Positions 14,411 through 25,925 of a DNA stretch of 64,000 nt are shown here, piece by piece; position 1 is the stretch's first letter; each line of letters opens with the position of its first letter. The stretch covers positions 35,703-99,702 of the forward strand of contig NIVC01003399.1 of NCBI GenBank assembly GCA_002269645.1, read 5' to 3'. Made by a program: the position numbers and the translations under genes. Under the pieces are notes generated by a model, which searched no databases, was not told where the DNA came from, and saw nothing but the letters and a program-made list of their open reading frames with translations. The stretch is from Macrostomum lignano. Lineage: Eukaryota.

Positions 14411-14872
14411 TAGTGAAGGGCAGAGGTGAGACGTGGGTGTAGGGCAGAGGTGAGACGTGGGTGAAGGGCAGAGGTGAGACGTGGGTGAAGGGCAGAGGTG
14501 AGACGTGGATGTAGGGCAGAGGTGAGACGTGGATGTAGGGCAGAGGTGAGACGTGGGTGAAGGGCAGAGGTGAGACGTGGGTGTAGGGCAGAGGTGAGAC
14601 GTGGGTGTAGGGCAGAGGCGAGACGTGGGTGTAGGGCAGAGGTGAGACGTGGGTGTAGGGCAGAGGTGAGACGTGGGTGTAGGGCAGAGGCGAGACGTGG
14701 GTGTAGGGCAGAGGTGAGACGTGGGTGTAGGGCAGAGGTGAGACGTGGGTGTAGGGCAGAGGTGAGACGTGGGTGTAGGGCAGAGGTGAGACGTGGGTTT
14801 AGGGCAGAGGTGAGACGTGGGTTTAGGGCAGAGGTGAGACGTGGGTGTAGGGCAGAGGTGAGACGTGGGTGA
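14411..14872. repeat. 24-bp minisatellite (GTGAGACGTGGGTGTAGGGCAGAG)n
   Basis: Direct inspection. Confidence 0.95.
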
Positions 14873-15229
14873 AGATCCACCATCACACCACGAGCTAGAT
14901 GTATTTCCGCTTTCGTGACTTGCAAAGTCCCGAAATCTCAGACAGTTACAGTCGGCACACCTGGATGCAGAGTTCCGGGCCTCTCTCTGTAAATAAGAGT
15001 CCTCGAATAAGAAATTCCAACTCCGCCAGTCTTGAATCAGTTAAAAGAGGAAGTGTTTAATTTCTCGTAGATATAGAGTGAACCCTGGATTAGACTAGCA
15101 CGCACTCTAGCTTAGGTATTCCAGTTGCAAATGAGTGCGATAGCTGAGCATGGAAGCCAGTCATGTCATCTGCATGTTTTGTTGCAAACATAGTTCTAGA
15201 ATAAAAAATTGAGAAAAAAGAAATAGCAG

Positions 15230-15712
15230 AAATAGAGAAGAGAGGAGAGAGTAGAGGAGAGAGAGAGAAAAAATGGGAGAGAGCAGATAGGAGAAAAGCG
15301 AGAAAAGATTACGAAAGAAAGAATAATGGAGAGAAAAGAAAGAAGAGGAGAGAGGGGAGAGAGGAGAGGGGAGAGGAGAAGAGAAGAGAAGAGGAGAGAT
15401 GAGATGAGATGAGAGGATAGAAGAGAGGAGAGGAGAGAGAGGAGAGATGAGATGAGATGAGAGGATAGAAGAGAGGAGAGGAGAGAGAGGAGAGATGAGA
15501 TGAGAGAAGAGAGAGGAGAGGAGAGATGAGAGGAGAGGAGATGAGAGGAGAGGAGATGAGAGGAGAGGAGAGACGATAGTAGAGGAGATGAGATTAGATG
15601 AGAGGATAGAAGAGAAGAGAGGAGAGAGAGGAGAAAGGAGAAGAGAGGAGAGATGAGAGGAAAGGAGAGATGAGATGACATGAGATGACATGAGAGGAGA
15701 GGAGAGCAGAGG
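15230..15712. repeat. Polypurine GA-rich simple repeat (GAGAG/GAGAT units)
   Basis: Direct inspection. Confidence 0.9.
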
Positions 15713-16384
15713 TGAGGTGCAAAATCAAACAAAAATGCTGGCACATTGAGGCACACATAAAGGAGTGCACAGAACAACGGAGACTGGATCAGTCAGACGC
15801 CAACCGAGCAGACTGACGACTGGCTGCCCTGCTTGAGCTTGCTTGACCAAATTTCCCCTAAGATTCCAAATTCATCCTTCCCCTTTCCGTGGCGCCTCCG
15901 GTCTGGGGGGTGCCAGGGAGCGAGGCTGTTGATCCCACAGTCGAGCGGAAATTGATGGCTAGTCCAGCATCCCCCTGCCTCATCCTGCCTGTCAATCATT
16001 ATTATCAGTTCTGCCGCAGGAATGTCTCTACCCGATAGTTGTGTGAGCTCGTGAATTTTCACTGCTCACAATTTTGGCGGTGAGCGAGCCGAAAAAAAGA
16101 AAACAAGAAAAAACTGACTGCCTCTGAGTCCCATAGCTGCACGCGATGTTTTCTGCTCTGCCCCCGCCTGCCAGGCAACACAGCAGCCGCTCCACTTCCT
16201 CGTGACGGCTAAAATCAATTGATAAAATTCAATACTGTCTAAATTGGTGCGCCATTAAATTCTAGAAGCCCGTCTGACGGCCTTTTATACCTGCATGTAG
16301 TACCAATAAAGTGCAGTGCAAACTCACTTCATCGCTTCTGGCAGTCACGCCTGCTGATTCAACAGGTGGTTCGAATTGCATACC

Positions 16385-17110
16385 ATTCACTCACTCACTC
16401 ACTCACTCACACTCTCACTCACTCACACTCTCACTCAATCACACTCTCACTCACTCACACTCTCACTCAATCACACTCTCACTCACTCACACTCTCACTC
16501 ACTCACACTCTCACTCACTCACACTCTCACTCACTCACTCACTCACTCACACTCTCACTCACTCACACTCTCACTCACTCACACTCTCACTCACTCACAC
16601 TCTCACTCACTCACTCACACTCTCACTCACTCACACTCTCACTCACTCACTCACTCACACTCTCACTCACTCACTCACTCACTCACTCACTCACTCACTC
16701 ACTCACTCACACTCTCACTCAATCACACTCTCACTCACTCACACTCTCACTCAATCACACTCTCACTCACTCACACTCTCACTCACTCACACTCTCACTC
16801 ACTCACTCACTCACTCACTCACTCACTCACTCACTCACTCACTCACTCACTCACTCACTCACTCACTCACTCACTCACTCATTCATTCAATCAATCAATC
16901 AATCACTCACACACACACACACACACACACTCACTCACTCACTCACTCACTCACTCACTCACTCACTCACTCACTCATTCATTCACTCACTCATTCATTC
17001 ACTCAATCAATCAATCAATCAATCAATCACTCACACACACACACACACTCACACTCACACTCACACTTACTCCCTCATTCATTCCCTCACTTAATCAATA
17101 AATCACTCAT
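16385..17110. repeat. Compound (ACTC)n/(ATCA)n/(AC)n microsatellite
   Basis: Direct inspection. Confidence 0.95.
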
Positions 17111-17564
17111 TCATGAACTTACCGTACGAACTCATGAAATCAATTACGACCTCAGGCGCCACCATTCAAGTAGCAACGTCTCGCATATTTCAATATACTT
17201 TTCAAACAAATTTCCTAATCTTGACGACAAGCCGGCATGCTTCCGGGATTTCTCAAAGTGACAATTTTTGTCTACTAATTAATTAGTGGGGTAACCTGAC
17301 TCGGGTAGTGAACTGCGTGATTCGCAAAAATTCCACCCCATAGCAACCGCTGACAAAATCTGCTAATCAATTCGGAGAGGAAGTGCTGTTAGCTGGATTA
17401 AATAAATGAATAACAGATCAGATTTCTGCAAGTGACGAAAACACTCTCATGAGATTTGTGCCACCGGAGCTAACTGATCCGCAACATCCCTGTCTGTTCC
17501 TGGGTTGTTTGGCCTTCACTATCCTCTCCCTGCTGCCTGTTTTGTATCCACGCCTCTTGCTGCA

Positions 17565-18470
17565 TGCATCTACCCCTGCTATCTGCCTTTATCTACCCTG
17601 CTATCTGCCTTTATCTACCCCTGCTATCTGCCTTTATCTACCCTGCTATCTGCCTTTATCTACCCCTGCTATCTGCCTTTATCTACCCCTGCTATCTGCC
17701 TATATCTGCCCCTGCTATCTGCCTTTATCTACCCCTGCTATCTGCCTTTATCTACCCCTGCTATCTGCCTTTATCTACCCCTGCTATCTGCCTATATCTG
17801 CCCCTGCTATCTGCCTTTATCTACCTCTGCTATCTGCCTTTATCTACCCTTGCTATCTGCCTTTATCTACCCCTGCTATCTACCTTTATCTACCCCTGAT
17901 ATCTGCTCTTATCTGCCTCTGCTATCTGCCCTTATCAACCTCTGCAATCTACCCTTATCAACCCTTGATATCTGCCCTTATCAACCACCCCTGCTATCTG
18001 CCCTTATACATGTAAACCCTGCAATCTGTCCTTACATTTATCTACCCCTGTCATCCGCCCTTATCAACCCTTGATATCTGCCCTTATCTACCCCTGCTAT
18101 CTACCTTTATCTACCCCTGATATCTGCCCTTATCTGCCTCTGCTATCTGCCCTTATCAACCTCTGCAATCTAACCTTATCAACCTCTGCAATCTAACCTT
18201 ATCAACCCTTGATATCTGCCCTTATGAACCCTGCAATCTGTCCTTACATTTATCTACCCCTGTCATCCGCCCTTATCAACCCCTGCTATCTGCCCTTTTC
18301 AACCCCTGCAATCTGCCATTACATGTATCTACCCCTGTCATCTGCCCTTATCAACTTCTGCTATCTGCCGTTATCTACCCCTGTTATCCGCCCTTATCAA
18401 CCCCGGTTATCCGCCCTTATCAACCCCTGCTATTTGCTCTTATCTACCCCTGTTATCTGCCATTCTTATC
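17565..18470. repeat. 23-bp minisatellite (CTATCTGCCTTTATCTACCCCTG)n, degenerating rightwards
   Basis: Direct inspection. Confidence 0.92.
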
Positions 18471-19194
18471 TTTGCAGCTACCTGCCGAAATTTTATTCTA
18501 GCCTGTGTAAAAAGAAAACTTTTCATAATACTTTAAGCATCAGGTCCCTCTATTGCACATAAAATGAAACATATTGTACTTACAATTAATATTGTAAGTA
18601 GCGACTAGCGCATATCTATGCATGTGTATCTCTTTGGTAAAATTTTAAATAAAATAATAAAATAGCGTACAAAACCAGCCTCTCAAACAGATTTTCAACA
18701 AAACCAGAAAGTGTACTGGGACTAAACGGGCACGCCAGCAAGATCAAGTGCGAAATGACACAATATAATAAGCTTGTATTTTCCAGGCGGATAAGCTAAA
18801 CAGAGATATTTACCGAATATATTATAATCCTTATCCAGTTAACATCTGAAATAAATTAATCAACTCAGAATGATTCTAGCTAAACAAAGGCACCGTTTTA
18901 GCATTTACTGAAAAAATTGAGAGACTAAATTGATCGTAGTCTAGACTAGAAAGTGTTGAGATCCCAGAGAAGTTTATAAAATAGATATGTGCAGATAAAA
19001 CAGTCAGTGCATTCTTTGCTACTAACAGTAGGACTGCCGAAACATGATGTAGGTCAGTTTCTGAATAAATATTCTAAGACTGGAATTTTAAGAAATAATC
19101 GTGATAATTAGAATCGTGGGAGAGGTAGATAGGAATTCTGGAAGATGATGCCAGGAATATGGGATCTTAGATTGGAATATTGGAACAGTGATCA

Positions 19195-19470
19195 GGATTA
19201 TGCAAATAGGGATCAGCATTCTGGGAATAGGGATCAGCATTCTGGGAATAGGGATCAGCATTCTGGGAATAAGGATCAGCATTCTGGGAATAGGGATCAG
19301 CATTCTGGGAATAGGGATCAGCATTCTGGGAATAGGGATCAGCATTCTGGGAATAGGGATCAGCATTCTGGGAATAGGGATCAGCATTCTGGGAATAGGG
19401 ATCAGCATTATGGGAATGGGGATCAGCATTATGGGAATGGGGATCAGCATTATGGGAATAGGTATCAGAA
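19195..19470. repeat. 21-bp minisatellite (GGGATCAGCATTCTGGGAATA)n
   Basis: Direct inspection. Confidence 0.93.
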
Positions 19471-20084
19471 TTTTGGGAATAGGAGAAAAATCAGGTACTT
19501 ATATTTTAATACGTAAAATACAAGAGCCCTAAGGCTAGACAGTCCTACTGATAGTGAATTTCTCTCCTCTCTACGGTCGATCACAGATTGATAAGTAGGC
19601 TGCAAGTAGTATGCATAACATTTTATAAATCATATATAATAGCATAGCAATAGAGAAACTGTATTTGGAAGACAGACATTTAGAATGACCAGGCGGAATG
19701 CGCTGTAAACCACGGACCAAATAGAATAATAAAAAGTCGATATTATCAACTGAGCGACACAAGTCAAGGGCGCAGAAAAAACTGGCCATGGATGACTTGA
19801 ATAAAAAAATAAGACTTGGATTGGAAGCCACCGTGAAAATACACGACACACCTAACTAGAGAAAATGACTAGTATTTGAGTTAAATAATAAAAAATGCTT
19901 AAAACAACACTGCAGCCCCATTTCCTTAACTAAGCTACTGTATATAGCAGACCGGTGGAACAACACGCAGCTGAAGCAAGAAATTTTACAATAAATAAAA
20001 TGATAAAACAAGTCGACTTCCTGGGATTTTATATATTATTGCCTGATATTACTACAATATTGCGATCATTATGATTTTTAAAAA

Positions 20085-21435
20085 TGGGAACCAGGTCTCT
20101 TAGCGTTGGGTTTAGCATTCCAGGAATGGGGATCAGGGTTCTAAGAAAGGGGATCATGATTCTAAGAATGGAGATCAGGATTCTAGGAATGGGGATCAGG
20201 ATACTAAGAATGGGGATCAGGATTCTTGACGTTGGGTTTAGTATTCCAGGAATGGGGATAAGGATTCTAAGAATGGGGATCAGGGTTCTAAGAATGGGGA
20301 TCAGGATACTAAAAATGGGGATCAGGATACTAAAAATGGGGATCAGGATACTAAAAATGGGGATCAGGATTTCTAAGAATGAGGATCAGGATTCTAAGAA
20401 TGAGGATCAGGATTCTAAGAATGAGGATCAGGATTATAAGAATGGGGATCAGGATTCTAATAATGGGGATCAGGGTTCTAAGAATGGGGATCAGGATACT
20501 AAAAATGGGGATCAGGATTTCTAAGAATGAGGATCAGGATTCTAAGAATGAGGATCAGGATTCTAAGAATGAGGATCAGGATTCTAAGAATGAGGATTAG
20601 GATTATAAGAATGGGGATCAGGATTCTAAGAATGAGGATCAGGATTCTAAGAATTGGGATCAGAATTCTAAGAATAGGGATCAGGATTCTAAGAATGGGG
20701 ATCAGGATTCTAAGAATGGGGATCAGGATTCTAAGAATGGGGATCAGGATTCTAAGAATGGGGATCAGGATTCTAAGAATGAGGATCAGGATTCTAAGAA
20801 TGAGGATCAGCATTCTAAGAATGGGGATCAGGATTCTAAGAATGGGGATCAGGATTCTAAGAATGAGGATCAGGATTCTAAGAATGGAGATCAGGATTCT
20901 AGGAATGGGGATCAGGATTCTAAGAATGAGGATCAGGATTCTAAGAATTGGGACCAGGATTCTAAGAATGAGGATCAGGATTCTAAGAATGGAGATCAGG
21001 ATTCTAGGAATGAGGATCAGGATTCTAAGAATGGAGATCAGGATTCTAAGAATTGGGACCAGGATTCTAAGAATGAGGATCAGGATTCTAAGAATGGAGA
21101 TCAGGATTCTAAGAATGGGGATCAGGATTCTAAGAATGGGGATCAGGATTCTAAGAATGGGGATCAGGATTCTAAGAATGGGGATCAGGATTCTAAGAAT
21201 GAGGATCAGGATTCTAAGAATGGGGATCAGGATTCTAAGAATGAGGATCAGGATTCTAAGAATTGGGATCAGGATTCTAAGAATGGGGATCAGGATTCTA
21301 AGAATGGGGATCAGGATTCTAAGAATGGGGATCAGGATTCTAAGAATTGGGATCAGGATTCTAAGAATGGGGATCGGGTTTCTAGGAATGGGGATGAGGA
21401 TTCTTGGTTCAAGATTCTAAAAATGGGGATCAGGA
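20085..21435. repeat. 21-bp minisatellite (GGGGATCAGGATTCTAAGAAT)n
   Basis: Direct inspection. Confidence 0.95.
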
Positions 21436-21586
21436 TAAAAATGGGCATGGGAACAAGAGTTGCTCAGGCTTCTTGGGACTCTCTTTAACTAGCAAGAAAT
21501 CCAGGATTTTCTGAGCCACCACCCTCAGCAACCGGACAAGACACGCCAGATAAGCAGGGAATTATCCTGCCGACATCCAGAGCAAT

Positions 21587-22160
21587 TTATCCCAACCTAT
21601 CCGGCAGCAGAGCGGCCGCATCGAACTTGCCGCTCTGGTGATAGCGGCCCCTGTCTGCATAGTCAGAGTTCTCCTCCGTCACAGCGGCCGGAGCGCTGGT
21701 CACCGGCGGCCGCGCCTGCGAACCTCCGCTGACGGCCGCCGCCGCCGACGACGTCGCATCAGTCGAGGCTCCCCGACGAAGTTGAGCAAAACAACAGGCG
21801 CCAGCTCTCAGCCAGGGCAGCAGGGCGAAGGTGGACACGCCGGGATGGGCGCCGGGACACAGGCGGCCCAGGCACAGGTACAGGAGGGCCACTAAGGCCA
21901 GGCAGGCCAGGGCATAGGCCCACTGAATAGCCAGCATGGCAACCAGGCACAAGCAGGTGGCAGAGAGCGACAGCCACCGGTTTGTTAGCCGGCTGGTCCA
22001 CGCGGTCGACTTGGCGCCGACCTCCAGCTGACCCGACTGGCTGCGGCAAACCGCCGGGTCTTCGTCGGCTACAGCGGATGATTTGGCGTCGCTCCGCCGT
22101 GTTGGCTCGGCGCTGCCCAGCTCGCGTTCGGGGAAAAGGCGATCCAGATCGTCCGATGAC
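21587..22160 (-). CDS. SLC12A8: SLC12A8 exon 4 (last); CDS complement(join(21587..22160,22990..23228,24015..24980,25383..25655)), 683 aa
   Basis: Acceptor CCGCAG|G, phase 2. Encodes TNRWLSL...MLAIQWAYAL...CPGAHPG and VTEENSDYADRGRYHQS, resembling the SLC12A8 C-terminus; stop at 21587-21589. Confidence 0.88.
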
Positions 22161-22279
22161 CTGCGGTAAGGGATTTGAAATCCGATTGAGCAATCGATAT
22201 CGACTCGAATACTCGTATCTGGCGTCAAAATTTAACCCTAAAATCTTTAAATCCCGAACCCATATTCTGATTCGCAGTC

Positions 22280-22910
22280 CCGATCCCCAATTCAGAAATC
22301 AAATCCCCAATCCAGAACTCCCCTTATTTCAGAAATCCCATCCCCAATTCAGAAATCCCGATACTCAATTAAAAAATCCCTATCCCTAATTAAGAAATCC
22401 CGATCCCTAATTAAGAAATCCCGATCCCTAATTAAGAAATCCCGATCCCAAATCTAGATATCCCTATCCCAAATCCAGAAATCCCGATCCCAAATCCAGA
22501 AATCTTAATCCCCAATCCAGAAATCCTAAGTTCAGGATCCCTAATCAAGAAAACCGGATCCCCAATTAAGAAATCCCGACCCCCAATTCAGAATTCCCGA
22601 TCCCAAATCCAGAAATCCCGATCCCAAATCCAGAAATCCCGATCCTAAATCCAGAAATCTTAATCCCCAATCCAGAAATCCCGATCCCAAATCCAGAAAT
22701 CCCAATCCCCTAATCCATAAAACCGGATCCCCAATTAACAAATCCCGATCCCCAATCTAAAAATCCCGATCCCCAATCCAGAAATCCCTATCCCAAATCC
22801 AGAAATCCCTATCCCAAATCCATAAATCCCTATCCCAAATCCATAAATCCCTATCCCAAATCCAGAAATCCCATCCCCAATCGAGAAATCCCGATCCCCA
22901 ATCCAGAATA
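22280..22910. repeat. 21-bp minisatellite (CCAGAAATCCCGATCCCAAAT)n in SLC12A8 intron 3
   Basis: Direct inspection. Confidence 0.9.
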
Positions 22911-22989
22911 GCATGAAATATTTGATCTGAGTTCACAAAGCATGGGACTGCATTATTGGAAATGTAAAACACACAGCTAGATGTCGCAC

Positions 22990-23228
22990 CTCAGCCTCGG
23001 GCTCTGCGGCTCGGAGTCCCTTCGGCTTCTGCGGCGGCCCAGATCGAATCGCCTGACGCGGTCGGCCTCGAGGTCGCGAGTCATAGCCAGCGCGAAATAG
23101 GCATAAGAGACGGTCGCGTAGGTAATCAAAAACGGCATAGTTACTATGGGGCCGAGAAAGTTGACATTGCCAACGGCCGTGAACAGTAGCGAGACGGATG
23201 TGACAGTGATTAGAGCGTATAGGGGCAC
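22990..23228 (-). CDS. SLC12A8: SLC12A8 exon 3
   Basis: Acceptor CTCCCCAG|GTG (phase 0), donor AG|GTGCGA (phase 2). Encodes VPLYALITVTS...GNVNFLGPIVTMPFLITY. Confidence 0.88.
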
Positions 23229-23449
23229 CTGGGGAGGTTTGAAACGCGAGTTGATAGGATTCATGGGCTTTTGAAACCTACAATTCTCCTTAATTCCCTT
23301 CATCCCCACGAGCTAATCGCAGCTAATGAGTCAAGAACTACCATAAGTCCTTTAATCCCAGATTACTTAATCCAACTCCAATGCTAACTTTCTTAATCCT
23401 CAATCATATCTGCCAAAATCACTAATCTGAACACGAGAGTATAATATAT

Positions 23450-23860
23450 AATCCCGAATCCCAAAATCCCCCATGTTTACTCCCATAATCTCAAATCCAA
23501 ATTCTCTTCTCTAATCCCAACCCCCGTAATCCCTAATCCAAATTATCTTCTGTGATTCCCAATTCCCGTAATCACTAATCCAGATTCTCTTCTCTAATCC
23601 CAACTCCCATAATCCTGAATCCAAAGTCCTATAATCCCTAATCGTAACTTTGATCCATAATCCCAATACCCATAGCCTCAAAATCCCAACTACCATTATC
23701 CCTAATCCCAATAATCATAATCCCAACTCCCATAATCCCTAATCCCAATACCCATAATCCCAACTCCCATAATCCCTAATCCCATAATCCCTAATCCCAA
23801 TACCCATAATCGCAACTCCCATAATCCCTAATCCCATTACCCACACACCCAAATCCAAAA
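23450..23860. repeat. Degenerate ATCCC-rich tandem repeat in SLC12A8 intron 2
   Basis: Recurring TAATCCC/ATCCCTAATCCCA units. Confidence 0.8.
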
Positions 23861-24014
23861 TTTAATAATCCATAACTACCATTAATACCCCTCGATATCT
23901 AGGTATCACTACAGTCACTAATAATAATTATTTAGTAAAAAGGTATCTCTCTAAGTTAATCTCCAGAACCCCAAATCCCGAGCACAACCGGTATCCCAAG
24001 CAAGATTCGCGCAC

Positions 24015-24980
24015 CTGCACAGAGAACTTGAGCTCAGCCAGCACTCTCAGTCCGGGCAGTTGAGTATTATGCGCCACAGCCGACAGCACCCTAGCCGCTG
24101 CAGTCAATCCGCCCAGCGCGGCACTCATGGAACTGACATAGAGTCCGCACAGAAACAGCGGCCCCAACAGCGACACTTTCTGGCCAATCAGCGGGTCCGA
24201 CTGCAGCGCCCATCGTTCGCAGGTGGCGCCAAGCACTAGCACGAAGGTGACGTACAGCAGCCAGCTGGAGGTGACCGCTAGCAGGCTGCCAACCGGCACA
24301 GAGCGCTGCGGATTAGCCAAATCTCCAGCCATATCCACCCCGGCCAGTACTCCAGTGATAGTAGGCAAGAACACGCCCAACACTGTGAAGAAGCTCTCAC
24401 CGCTGGAATAGTCAGGCCGGCTGTTGTTGAACAGCGCCTCTCTAGAATAGCCGGTCACTCCGCTAGCAGCAGTTGTTGTCGTTGCCAACGCCCCGGCGTT
24501 GCTATGAACAATGGAACCAATTAGAAAATCCAGCACAGCAATGAACAGCAGAGCTAGCAGTGCCAGCTGCAGTCTGATCACCCATTTCACACCGGCCCCG
24601 CACACGGCTAACAGGCTCAGCGTGACGCATGCCGCCACGCCCCTGGCTGGCCAGTCGCTGCCGCCGCTGTCGTCGCGCCAGCCGGTCAGCTCGGCCACCG
24701 ACTCGCCCAGACCGGCGGCGTACAGCGACACTCCGATGGACTGGCCGAGCCAATAGGCGCTGCCAATGGACGCGGCCAGCCGGTCGCCAAGCGCCCTACG
24801 CAGCAGGGGGTAGACTCCGCCTCCGCCGGGCTCGTCTAGATCTCCGGCGCCGCCGCAACGATCCATGGCGCCAATAGCGCCGAGTACGGTGAGCAGAGCC
24901 ACCGAGGAGGTGAGCGACGCGATTAACAGCGCGAGGGGAACGCCGGCCTCGCCGACCACCCAGCCTGCGCGAAGGAATAC
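24015..24980 (-). CDS. SLC12A8: SLC12A8 exon 2 (amino-acid permease/CCC core)
   Basis: Acceptor CTCTCAG|GTA, donor CAG|GTGCGC, both phase 0. Encodes VFLRAGWVVGEAG, GGGGVY, FFTVLGVFLPTITGVLAGVDMAGDLANPQRSVPVG. Confidence 0.92.
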
Positions 24981-25044
24981 CTGAGAGGCGAAAAATTTTC
25001 CCTTTATAACAGTGCCTCAGGTGTCAATTTAGTGCAGCTGAAAC

Positions 25045-25300
25045 TTGGATTGATTTAGGGATCAATGAACTTGGGATAATTTAGGGATCAATAAATTTGG
25101 GATAATTTAGGAATCAATGAAATTGGGATAATTTAGGGATCAGTGAAATCGGGATCAATTATGGGATCAATGAACTTGGGATCAATTTAGGGATTAATGA
25201 AATTGGGATTAATTTGGGGATTAAGGAAATTGGGATTAATTTGGATATCAATGAAATTGGGATAAAATTTAGGGGTCAATTTGTGGGATTTAGTTTTGGG
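25045..25300. repeat. Degenerate GGGAT-rich tandem repeat in SLC12A8 intron 1
   Basis: Recurring GGGATCAATGAAATT / GGGATAATTT units. Confidence 0.8.
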
Positions 25301-25382
25301 ATCAAATAGGACTACATTAAGTGGCTGACTAAATTTAATATCTATACTGGTTTGAAGACAGCCCCAAAGCCCAACAGCATAC

Positions 25383-25655
25383 CACAGTGCCGAATATGTT
25401 CATCATGCAGCTCGTGAAGACGCCATCCCACGGACCAAATTTGACTCTTTCTGTAATGAGAAAATTTGCTTTCCACCACGGCCCCAGCTGGTCCTGACTG
25501 TCGTTGCCGACCTCTTTGAACAGTTCATTGTCGCGAACTGGGTCCTGGTGGCCTGCAGGCTGATTGTCACCATCGTAGCGATAGAAGCCGTGAGTTGATG
25601 CGCCGCCATTACTACTGACTGCCGAATCTGCCAGTAGGCTGGTTCGCTCGCTCAT
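25383..25655 (-). CDS. SLC12A8: SLC12A8 exon 1
   Basis: ATG at 25655. Encodes ELFKE...PWWK...FGPWDGVFTSCMMNIFGTV, the SLC12A8-type N-terminus; donor GTG|GTATGC, phase 0. Confidence 0.9.
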
Positions 25656-25734
25656 TTGCAACTAGCTGTCAGCTCTGAGGCCAAGTCAATGTCTGAAATT
25701 CCCCATTGAGGCTTTGGTTAGCTGATTGAGCCAT

Positions 25735-25925
25735 TCTCTATTGAGTCATTGGTCAGCTGATTGAGCAATTCCCCATTGAGTCATTGGTCAGCTGATTGAG
25801 CAATTCCCCATTGAGTCATTGGTCAGCTGATTGAGCAATTCCCCATTGAGTCATTGGTCAGCTGATTGAGCAATTCCCCATTGAGTCATTGGTCAGCTGA
25901 TTGAGCAATTATCCATTAAGTCATT
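25735..25925. repeat. 35-bp minisatellite (TTGAGTCATTGGTCAGCTGATTGAGCAATTCCCCA)n upstream of SLC12A8
   Basis: Five intact units with TGAGTCA at 25742, 25777, 25812, 25847 and 25882. Confidence 0.92.

Noticed and set aside
15793-16062. 89-aa ORF in a unique spacer between arrays
   Set aside because: No recognisable motif, no ATG context and no linkable splice partners.
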